A stretch of 62,588 nucleotides of DNA, counting the filler, from Sphacelaria rigidula (lineage: Eukaryota), in NCBI GenBank assembly GCA_964200075.2. It is 8 parts of 8 records of this genome, joined end to end, with 100 filler letters (N's around TTAATTAATTAA, not from the genome) between each part and the next. Parts side by side here need not be neighbours in the genome. Positions count along the whole stretch, not along the records: positions 23,511 to 31,246 come from CAXNAA020013626.1; positions 31,347 to 39,082 come from CAXNAA020013627.1; 6 more parts are not named here. One strand, given 5' to 3'. Below are positions 25,138 to 35,872 of this stretch, in pieces. The notes under the pieces were generated by a model. It did not search any database. It saw nothing but the letters and a program-made list of their open reading frames with translations, and had not been told where the DNA came from. The position numbers were made by a program, and so were the translations under genes. Position 1 is the stretch's first letter; each line of letters begins with the position of its first letter.

Positions 25138-27454
25138 TCAAGTGCGGTCTTGGACTATTAAACGCAAATTGGAAATTTTGTGTTCCAAAGAGAGGTCTAC
25201 GAAGCCCAAAACTAAAATACTCCACCAAACGAACACCGGGATGACAGGGGCCCAGGTCTTGACGATTTGTTTTCTGGACGAGGTGCCCCAATTGTTGTTC
25301 TTCAAGGTGAATAATGCCACCACTTTAATTGCGGGAAGCGTAGAGAAATACATGAGTGGGTACAGTATGTTGTAAAACACAATGCGGTCACGCCTGAGAA
25401 AGCAGTACACAAATAAACTGCGCAACACAGGTGTCAAAATTGTCATGATCCCGATGGCAATAAGGGACGTCCACGTGCGATAGAAGGAATCCACTAGAAG
25501 AGTTGCAATGAGCAGAACCGGAAACATCAGCCCGTAAAGACTGTCAAACAGGCTGAACATGGAACTCCGATTGAGTGTCGACCACGTGAGCTGGAGGTAC
25601 ATCTCCCGCCAGTAGCTCTTCGACCATCTGCGTAACGTTCATGACCCCAGGACAGCACGCTACAAATAAGACGAAAATCTGGACAGGGGGTGGACGCGAT
25701 GCAGGCGCACTCGACTCGAACATGGTATGGCGGTGGCGAGCGACACTACCAGCGCGTAGGGACATGACTGGGATGACCATTAGATAATAGGTCGAACGGG
25801 CTGATCTCGTAGGCACAATTAACCTCTCGGGTAGAATGCTGGATTGACTCACTGCTGCTCCACTACACTGCACTGGTTCCGAAACCCTTCATGTATTCGA
25901 GAGTGAACACCACACCTTGTCTGCTGTGCCACGAAGCGTGGGTAGGACTGCGGAGTCTCGGTAGCGCCTGCGGACGAGCAAGACACGACACGACACAAAC
26001 AACAAGAGCGAACAGCCGCGGGAGCCAACGAGAAGAGGCGACATGACTGTGAACGGGCGGCTAGTGGTGCCTGGCAAGCGGGAAGTCGACGCTTCAACGC
26101 ATTTCCGTGAAATATCTCACCTGTCGCTTTGTGAGTGTAGACGACTTTCTTCCCCAAAGCAAGAATCCTATTAGTGAGGTTCCTGTCATCCCCGAATGAG
26201 CACTTCACGCCCAAAAAGTGCTGATGCACCCATTCATCCATGGTGTCCACGATCGCCGCCGCTTCGTACATCCCCATTGGCCCTGAAATGCAGTTGACTA
26301 CTCCATGGTACCCCAGGGAAGCTCTCTCGACGTTGAAAGCAATCAAGTACCGGGAAGCAGTGAGCTTTGACAGCCAGTTCGTGGCGTTGAAGATCGTTAA
26401 CTCTCCAGCTACCGCGCCCACATCGGGCCTACCCTTCGTCATGAGAACCATCTCTGCCACAGCCATAGGATCCACTATCGTATCTGAATCGGTGTTGAAA
26501 AAATACTCTGCATCCATCTTCTGGGCCACCTTGAACGCCGAATAGAGAGCTTCCCTCTTCCCTTTATGGGGCTGAGATACCACAAATACGATCCTATGCT
26601 GAAAGGGGAAGGGAACGACTTTAGGAACCAGACGTAGAAAACTCTCATAGTTGTCCTCGAAAGGGTCGGATCGACAATCGATCCTGATGGCTGTCGGGAA
26701 AATTCTCATGGCAATCTCTGCCATCTCTTCGTCATCCTTGTCGTTCCCATCAATGGCGACCACGATCGCCCGGATATTCGAGTACACGAGACGATCTGCG
26801 GACAGGAGGCATCTCTTGAAGTATTCGGGGTCCTCGCGGTACCCCACGACATTTACGGCGACAGGGGGAGTCCAAGCATTCTCCGTGTCTTCTGCATCAG
26901 TCCTCCTGAGACTCTCCACGTAGCGTCGATTGAGAATGGCGAAGCACATCGTAAGGAAGTAATATCCAATGGAGAGACAGCCGTAGCCTGGCAAAAAGAC
27001 GTATCGTACGAGATACGAGGTCAGAACAAAAGCCATCTCGGATGAGTATGTATATTTGGACGGAAGAGTAAAGTATCCAGCAGCGTCAAGTATGATGTTT
27101 ACTCAGGTCGACCACTTATATGTTGCTAAGATGAAAACGATTTTGTGTGTTGTCGGTTCGCATACCTGTGAGGTAGACGAGGCCGTACGCCGAAGTAAGC
27201 GTCCCTCGCACGTACACCATCAGACATCCTACCGCCAGGGAAACAAACAGCGCCCAAACGAACAACGTGGAAACGAAGCGAAAACCCCGCTGCTTCTCTC
27301 TAGGCCCCGTGTAGTCGTTCACGATTTGCGTAGCCACAAGGGGTTGGGATGAGCTGAACGCCGCTTGCCAATTTCTATCGCCCTTTCCGTCGAGCGCAGG
27401 CAATGGCATAACCGTTTCGCCCTCGTCGAAGGTCGAGTACTTCCCCGAGGGCAT
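25138..27454 (-). CDS. HAS: Class I hyaluronan synthase-like processive GT2 glycosyltransferase, intact 4-exon gene, ~565 aa (621 aa if the ATG at 27622 is used)
   Basis: Phase-consistent GT-AG exons 27454(27622)-27166, 26987-26121, 25967-25916, 25627-25138. Two N-terminal TM helices, then YREDPEYFKRCL, IDGN, QPHKGKREALY, DSDT, RYLIAFNVERA, CISGPMGMY, QHFLGVKCSFGDDRNLTNRIL, TETP, QQTRWSKSYWRE (spans intron 3), further TM helices and WGTSSRK. These motifs are colinear with vertebrate and chlorovirus HAS. The polymer product is not established. Confidence 0.93.
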
Positions 27455-29099
27455 GGTCACGCAAGGAGCGAGTGCAGCAGGCGTCGGTAGCTCAGTCACT
27501 AATGGGGTTTTCTCGCCTCTGCCGGACACACATTTCCACCTATTCGTGGTCTTCCCGTTGCAGTTGTCGGCGCGGAGTCCCAGGAAGTCGGATGACTTCA
27601 ATGGAGCTCGTTCTTGATCCATGGTTCAGGCTGGGCCGTAACCAGCAGCAGGCGGAAACACAAGGCAGGGAAGTCGTGAGGGGGGTGAGTGGGGGGCGTT
27701 AAGGCGTGGTTGGTGCCTCCTTCTTGCTCGTACCGACGTTCGTGTAAAATGTTCATTCATACACCTGGGGACTGCATCTTTCAAGGAGTAGTGCGGCGCC
27801 TACAGATCATCGAGACTGTCGAGGGTTCTGAGATGATAAATATTCAAGTTCCGAACCCCCTGGAAACCCTGTGGTGCCGCTTTCCGCTAGTTTAAAGTGA
27901 GACGAGAAGCGGCCGTGTTGCGGGAAAGCTGTGGATATTAGGAGAAAGCAAAACACAAGTGCAACTGTTGACGCGTACGTACGCCAATCGCGTATTTGTA
28001 ATGGACGTAACCCTCAGCTGTAAGGTGTATCTGCCTTTGACGCTCGTATGTCGAAGACTCATACTCTGTCTTGGTGATGGACGGTAATATCAGCTGTTGA
28101 TCGATTGCTGAATCACGAAATGTGTAGCACGGTGCCATGTACCTTCATAAGACGCAACGTAGCGTGATGCCGCTCACGGAATACACAGTGCAGGGGATAT
28201 TTCCAAGGCTTCCTGCACGTGACTGCACCAGCACTTTCCAACGGCGGCGAGGGTAGGGTACGAGTACGTACCCGGAGGTACCCTGAATAGAATGTCAGTT
28301 AGAGTACCCAGTGCCCCGGGGTACGTTGGAATAGGATTTTCGTGGAAGATACGCAATATTCCACGATACCCGGCAGGGTACGGCCTCAAACAAAATCTCA
28401 GTATTTCGGGGTACTCAGGACATCGAGAGCCGAAAATACCCACCACTCTAGAGGCTAGGTTACGCTCATCACCCAAAATTCACTCATCCACATCATATGT
28501 TGACGCCGATTCTTAAAGTTAGATTATACATTTGTACCCATATACGGTGGAACATCAAGAAACCTTCCATGAATGGGGTCTTGCGATATTTGCTTCCGCC
28601 AGTGATCCGGGGTCCCAGGGTCTCGAGGAGCCACATGCCCTTCAGGAACCCCCGATAACTGGCGAATAAAAAAATCGAAAGACCCCGGTTGTGGAAAGGT
28701 TTGCATGTCTCCTAGTACATGCGTGCACAGTTTTAAGGTGTAACTTCGAAACTCGGCGAGAACATGCGCCCTTTTGTGCGATGCAGCGAGCTTGAAACGT
28801 GAGAACTAGTAACTACTTGACCCTAGTATAAAATCGTTTTTTTCGGGTACTGTATGTCCAGCGCTAATGCGAGGGAAGCTGCATCGGGTGTTCAAGTTTC
28901 GCAACCAAAAAAAGGACATTTGTTCCCGGACTACCCCGGGACACATGATTTCACCATTTTTTACTCCGAGCTTTCTGTCAGGGAGGTCGGGGGGCATGAG
29001 GTCGTCCGTATGAACGTCATTTGTCATGGCGTTAGGGCGGGGTGAGTGTTGATTGGAGCTGAAACTGATTTTGATGTTCAACCTCCAGTTTCGAAGATG

Positions 29100-29500
29100 A
29101 TGCAGAGTTTCGGAAAAAGCTTCTTCATTTCAGAGTGCAAATATCTCAGGATCAGAGTGCAGAACAAAATAAAATGGACTCGTCGGGAAAAAGTTGAGGC
29201 ATCTGACGGAGTGGGAAATAATTTTTTGTTGCACTCTGATCCTGAGATATTTGCACTCTGAAATGATAAAAAGGCGTTTTCCGTAACTATCTGATACAGA
29301 GTTTCGCGAAAAGCTTTTTCGTCATTCCACAGTGCAAATATCTCAGGATCAGAGTGCAGAACAAAATAAAATAAGCTCAGGGAAAAAAAGTTGAGGGGAT
29401 GTTGCATTCGACGGAGTGGGGAATAATGTTTCGTTGCACCCTGATCCTGAGATATTTGCACTCTGAAATGACAAAAAAAAGCTTTTTTCCGAAACTATCT
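29100..29500. repeat. Tandem dimer of ~195-bp hairpin (MITE-like) units
   Basis: Each unit has CAGAGTGCAAATATCTCAGGATCAGAGTGCA, a spacer, then TGCACTCTGATCCTGAGATATTTGCACTCTG. Units lie at ~29102-29292 and ~29297-29500. Confidence 0.9.
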
Positions 29501-30316
29501 AATCTCCCAAAGAGTGTATTTCGTGCACATGAACTACTTGCCGTTACCTCTGTAGCCCCTACCAAGTGCCGACAAACAAAGAGTCGTCTAGAGAGGCCAC
29601 GGGGAGGTACGCATTATCGCGCAAGGCAAGCTCCATCAGCCGTGTACGGAAGGTCTGTACCGTGGCCAGAAAAATAAAATAAAAAATAAAACGCTGCTGG
29701 TAACATCGTCGACGTTCAGTATATGCTATTAAACATAGACTTGGGCTGCAGAGTGTGAACACATCGGATGCCCACTAAGAATGTTCGAGAGACCCCTTTG
29801 ATGCGAAATTGAACGTGCAGCCGTGTGCTGCGCACTGTGAGGGGCCTCTGTACTGCCCATACAGACGTGCTCACAGATTGGCTTAGGGTAAACGTCCAAA
29901 CGTTTTCCCCTACTAAACACAGAACGCAAAACTGACCCCATAGAAACATGTTTGGTATCACAGTGACCCCCACGAGCAAGCGAACAGGGTGACGTGGCCA
30001 ATTTTGTTTGCGTCCTTTGACGTGGAGCTGGTATTGAAAATGGTTTTCGGCCGATCAGGTGCCATCAAATTGTTAAACAAAAAATGCGAACCTTCGACAC
30101 AACTTGCACCTAATATTATGACATATCAAAACCTAGTGACCGCCATCAGCTAGGGAAGATAACGCAAACGACAAACTTGATAACGATTGGTGTGATATTG
30201 AGTTATACCCCCGAAACGTGGTACTTCGGCAATGTGAGGTTTTTGCGTCGTAGACTTTCCACTGACTGCGAGCTAGGCCAGCCGAGAAGCGATTCTGCGG
30301 TTTGCAGGCCCAGTAT

Positions 30317-30568
30317 GCAGCCAATATTTAGAGTTGGGCCCTGAAATTTGGTATGGACAATGCATGGGACACAATAATAAAAATTTCCAGTGCACACAAG
30401 TTTGTTTTTTTCATGAGTTAGAGGCATTTTACCGATATCTGAAAACTGATTACTGCCCTTAACTCATGAAAAAAGAATAAAAAAACTTGTGTGCACCGGT
30501 AATTGTTTTATTATGCCCTATTAATTGTCCATACCAAATATCAGGGTCCAACTTTACGTATTGGCCGT
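30317..30568. repeat. Foldback/MITE-like inverted repeat, same family as 15298-15571
   Basis: GCCAATATTTAGAGTTGGGCCCTGAAATTTGGTATGGACAAT.. pairs with ..ATTGTCCATACCAAATATCAGGGTCCAACT..TATTGGCCG. Confidence 0.85.
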
Positions 30569-31346
30569 ATGATGGGCCGTTTAGTGACGGGATCATAAGA
30601 AATTCGGAACAGAATCTAGCAGGCCACTTACCGGCCCACGTTTGGTGTTTGTGTATTAAAACTTTGTGTGGGCTGTGGCTAGGGCATAATTGACGAAACA
30701 AAGTGGGTCAGGTTGTTTTACTCTTATTTCTTCACTGGTTGAGGGCGTTTTAGTATGGAAACCGCCATTGTTTTACGAGAACGCCCGAACCTCTCCCATA
30801 AAAAAAAAACAGAGGGCCCATTTTTTTTTTTTTTCAGCATACCTTTGTGGTTCTATATCCCGAGTTTCAAATTAAAATTCCAACTATTGAGCCAGAAAAT
30901 TGAGATAAGGCCCAGGAGCAGTGTTCATTTCTCCTCAAAACTGCCCCAAAAACCCGAAAAAAGAAAAAAGAAAATAATAATAATGAAAAGGCTGTGTTTA
31001 GAAGCTTTATTATGCACTAGCGGTTCTCCATACGAAATTTTATAGCATAACTCTCGAAAACTGAGACGCGATATCCAGGTTTATCTAATCTAGCGCATCT
31101 GCTCGTAATATACTGATTTTAGTATAGAAACTTATGTGCGCCATATCTCGAGATAGATTACGAATTAGGTGAAGGTGAGGGTATCTATCGTCTTCCCGTG
31201 CTCAAGGGAATGTCCACACCAAAATTCGTCGTCATCCGCTGAATGTNNNNNNNNNNNNNNNNNNNNNNNNNNNNNNNNNNNNNNNNNNNNTTAATTAATT
31301 AANNNNNNNNNNNNNNNNNNNNNNNNNNNNNNNNNNNNNNNNNNNN

Positions 31347-34300
31347 ACATGGGATTTGCCATCTGTACGTAGCATCCAAAACCAACAACTGTCTGTACCA
31401 GAAACCCAACAGACCAGGTCGTATACACCGTATTCTACGGTACATGGACTTCATGGAATATGACCACCTCACCGTCAAAGGGTGGAGTGCTTCATGGACG
31501 TTGTGATTATCGACAGTCAACAATGAGAATGCTCAAATCGGATACCCACACGCTAGATGGGATTGCGGCTGAAAAGTCGAACCGAATGCCTTGTACGTAA
31601 AGGTATACTTGGGAGAACCCTCCATGTCGTGATCATCAGAGCTCATTGAGAAGAAATGAATTGCTTGTCATCATGCTCTTGTCGCCACGTGAAGTAATTG
31701 TCATCAGCTGAAACCTTGAATGCTTGTCGTGGTATTGTGCCCAGCATCCACGAAGGAACGACGGAATCTTCAAGTTCCTAGATAGATTCGACTGCCAAGA
31801 AGGATGAACAAATCCACAGCTGTCAAACCAAACTCTCTCTAGGGCATGCTGCAACCATTTCACCCTGTGCTTGGTGTTGAGCTCTCTCGTGTAACTGTGT
31901 TCGCTGGGCCACTGAGATTTACAGGCAATGCACCACAGGAGCCGGACACGTTAACCGGAATGTTCCAGAACACATTTCTAAATTGGCGTCTTTCCGGACA
32001 GAAAAAACCAGTCAGTTATTTTAGTATTTCGCCCGTTGCTCACCAGATGCGGGCACGCCTTGGCCACCTCCGCGAGCACCTTGGTGGCAGATTTCGCGTC
32101 GCAGCCGAAGTCCGCACGGAATACCATCTGAGCAGAGTGGCCACAAGCAAGTTGCAGCAGCGGTTAGAAACATGCTTGTTGTGCTGTTAACTCTCCGACG
32201 CTTAATCGAGTGGGCATCATTTCGCGGGGGTACAATATGACGATGCCGACGCTTTCGATTTGATTTTAGTACCTCTGCTGTCAAGATCTCGAAATCTTGA
32301 CCGTCAGAGAGTGACAACTTCTGAGGGGGGAAATGTGTCGATGCATGTACACACGTATGACCGAACAGGAGACTGTACCACTGCACGCTATGAGATCACC
32401 AACACTGTGAAGATAACGAGCTGCGCCAGCCGTAAATCTCACATTCGCACATACCATCACAACTTCAAAAGTTTCCCCAATCAATCCGACTTGAGCATAT
32501 CGCTGTGCACTGCAGACCAACCTGGTAACGCACGGCTCTGCCGCTGGTCGATTGGCGCAGTTTTGGCGATCACATCTTTGTACTGCATCAAGTACCGGAG
32601 ACGTCTCATGTCGTTGCGTGATAGCGTGTCTGCAAGACGTTTCGTTTCAAAAATGCGGTGGAAATACGATAGAAAACTGCACCGCAAAGGCGTACGAGCA
32701 CCCAATATGCGCAGGCTAAAGCACGCCCGTATTGCTGTAAGGTGACATCAAGCTCGTCAGCAGCTGCATTATGGAAGAGGACCTCCGAGCCTACTGTCAA
32801 ATTTCACTTCAAGAGGGAGAAGTACTACTTGAAATAGCACTTTCTGCAGTTGGGTCTCCACAGAAGCGGACACGTGCTTTAGACGGGTCTTGAAGAATAA
32901 CCAAAGCCACACTGAGGCGACAAAGACTGCTTCGCGCATGTTTCGGACAGGAGCTCGTACGAAAACCCAGCGATCATCTTTCTCAACTGAAAGGAAATTG
33001 TTCGGTATGGAAAATGAGGTCTACGACGGGAAGCACGTGATACAAGGGGGGAAATGTTGGATCATGCACAATGAAAAAAAATGCCAGATTGTGGGGGGAA
33101 AAGAAATGGTCGTGTCGGGATTCGAATTGATGACCTGTACAGTGTACTGGAGGCTCTTGCATCAGGTCGACCACCGGGGCGCGGCGGTGTTACACAAGAA
33201 GTGCCAGGCTGGGCCCAATTTCGGTACATTTTGGCCGACATTTCACCAGAATCTCTTTCACGGAAGTACCTACAACACATCCGGGGATGCCGTCGTTTTT
33301 CTTCGTTCTCACGGAGTTGTGATCTTCCAGATTTTGCTGAAATTTCAAACCGTTCTAGCTTCCTGTTTGTTCTTTCTTGGCATCTTGAGAAATGTTGCGC
33401 GTGTTGATGATAAAAATGGAGTGTCAAAATTTCAGCGGCTCACTCCTCGCAATTACCACCACCGGACCCCAAAACATTCAGCAATCCCTGTCAGCTGGCC
33501 TAGCTCGTACAGGCTATTTGGTCTGCACTTGAGGATACGTTTCCGTTATCTTTGCACATTCAGAGTAGGACATTTGATAATCAAACGAAACGTGTTGTCA
33601 TTCTCGGCCTGTCTTTTCAGTACGGACGATATCCTAGCAACTCGACATGCCTTCTATACTCGAGTCAGTATAGAACCCACAAAGAGCGTAAACGCGGACA
33701 TTCTTATTTGCCAGTTGTACCCGAATATCCATGCTGCGACGATGCAGGGTACGATTAGCCTGACGTGACTACTGTAGCGACCGTAGAGGTATCCGTCACC
33801 AGAGTTGCCATGGCCAGAATCAACGTCACAAGTGCCACAGAACGCGGGTACGGTTATCGCTGACTCAAATGCTAGGTTTCCGGAACACCGGTCATGCCCG
33901 CAGTGAGACGTTATTGCAACGCCCACACTGTCATTGATAGTCCGACTGGTACATCAGTGTTACTTTCCAGTGTAGGGACGAAGCTCTCAAGAGTAGGGCG
34001 GAGCGTGCACTGCGCCAAGTTGGCAGTGGGTTTGAGTGAGTCGGACCCTCGCACTGCCTTGAGCAAAACTTGCAAACGCTCGGGGCGCAAATACAACATG
34101 ATTGCCACGCGGCAATCCAGCCGAGTCTCCGGGTACTCGCCACACTAACCCGCTTGCGGGGTAACTGTTGGGTCAGGTTTCCTCCTTCGTTCAAGGGGGA
34201 AAATACAAGAATCAGTGTGACCACGGCTGGACAACTGAGGGGTCGCTTAAAGTGCGACAACCAACCAATGAATCCAAGTGTTACTTTCAGACGATTTTGC

Positions 34301-34700
34301 GGCTTTCAATCTAGGTAGCGGAGTCCTTTCCTCGAGATTCATCCTCCTACAGCGCGAGAACAAGACTTGAGAAAATACTTGAAGGTGAGTCGACGGCCTC
34401 AGGGAGTGTTGATTCCATCCTCCAAACAGGAGCAACGCACGTACCGGCGGAGAGGCGGGTTCGTGCTTGGTACTTATGAACTCGTTCCGAAGCGGGGGTT
34501 ATCACAAGAAGTAGGGAACAAGTCATGAGCGGGAAACAGGAAATACCGGAACTGCTAGGCATATCGAAGTGCCGGTGAAAAACCTTGCCCAGAGCATTGG
34601 CCGTGCACTGCAAAAGGCTACGCCTTACCGTATCCTCATCGCCACCTCCAACGCTGCACCTACAGTGAAAAGTCGTGGCTAACTGACGTCATAACAGTTG
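31347..34700 (-). mobile_element. Highly decayed Mutator-like (MULE) relic with SWIM-like finger and Ulp1/C48 peptidase-like tail
   Basis: Frameshifted minus-strand pieces, in order: VLPVVDLIFHTEQFPF..VFVRAPVRNMRE..WLW, then EVLFHNAAA..RALACAYW (MULE core-like), TCLWPLCSDGIPCG (SWIM-like), and ALERVWFDS..NSFLLNEL..GFSQVYLY..ILIV (Ulp1-like). Motif matches are by eye and the bounds are approximate. Confidence 0.45.
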
Positions 34701-35121
34701 CGGGGGCCGGCACAAGACACATCCACTCTGCACTCCTCACTGGGGAACCCTCTGACCGTCAAGATTTCGGCATCTTTTCAAGATGAACATTTACTTGTAT
34801 CTTCCAAATCAAGGCACAAGACTTCGCACATGGAATCCCTGGAAAATAACTCCCGCAGTTCGACGGGTGACTCAACCTAGTTGGAGAGAACCGTAGACAA
34901 GAGGATACGGCATGATGCCACCCGGCCACGAGCCGAACAACGGTCGCCTTCCGCGCAACAGCAGCAGACCGACGAAAAGCACGCCATGTGGCATCAAAAG
35001 CATCAAAAGTATCGAGAGTGTGAGTGGTCACGAGAGCAGTGCACAAACTGGTGGACGATATATGGTCAATAGTTGCGATAGACAGAAATATATTGCGTCA
35101 AGTGTAGCCGTAATCATTACA

Positions 35122-35514
35122 ATAGTTGCAATAGGCCTGTACTTTACGCAATATATTTTTCATCTGTGTGTGTTGTGTTGTCGTCCGATTTATTTTGGAC
35201 GCCGGTCCATAACTTTCGGTACATGTGGGCGCACCAGCCGGGGTCACACAAGAGGAAGGCCAACACGGGAGTTTTTTATTTTATTTTTCCGCCTTCCTTT
35301 TGCGGTGCTGGCCTTTACTTTTCATCGCGAGGATGGTTCAGCATTCCCTTTCCCTCGTCGACCATGGAGTCGATTTTTGTGTACCCACGACGTAGTCGCT
35401 CTCCACTGTTGGGCACTGTGTGGGAAAAAATCCTAGATCGCTCCGAGATTCGAACCCACAGCCCAACCGTCAGAAGGTTTCGAAGGCACCAACTGAGCAA
35501 ACGGGGCGACCGGC
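35122..35514 (-). mobile_element. tRNA-derived SINE
   Basis: The minus-strand head GCCGGTCGCCCCGTTTGCTCAGTTGGT..GGTTCGAATCTC has Pol III box A and box B. The body is shared with 43206-43450. The 3' tail ends GTAAAGTACAGGCCTATTGCAACTA. Confidence 0.75.
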
Positions 35515-35872
35515 TCTGTGTATAGCAACTTTTGACCATACACAGTTTTATCGTTGTCCAGGGTGTGCAATAGTGAAAGTGGAAACGACCGGTAGAAACA
35601 ACCAGAGAGCAAATCGCCACCTCGTGAGAACGGCAACGGCAAATTCACAGATCTTCCGTCTCACCGAACGCACCACGGCGCTTCGCGCTTGATGATTACG
35701 AGCCTGGTCCGGCCAAAACCCGGTGTGCTCCGTCCCGGCTTTGTAGGGGTGCGAGGTCAACGATCTTATGACTACAGCATGCAATTTCATGAGGACACCC
35801 CTCCCTCCGTCCCCCCTACGTGGCATGAAGCACGGCCAGACCCCCCCATCGAGTAACAGTGATCAAAAATAC

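Noticed and set aside
25849-27036. 395-aa single-exon ORF taken as the whole GT2 protein
   Set aside because: It begins inside intron 1, reads through intron 2 and runs into intron 3. The spliced model restores QQTRW and the TM helices.
22250-28790. Direct repeats apparently flanking the HAS-like gene as a mobile cassette
   Set aside because: The left copy is on a different contig.
29100-29500. CRISPR-like repeat-spacer pattern
   Set aside because: The repeats alternate in orientation, the spacers are homologous to each other, there are no cas genes and the context is eukaryotic.
35430-35514. tRNA gene
   Set aside because: No proper acceptor stem or cloverleaf, and it is attached to a repeated body. 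It is a SINE head.
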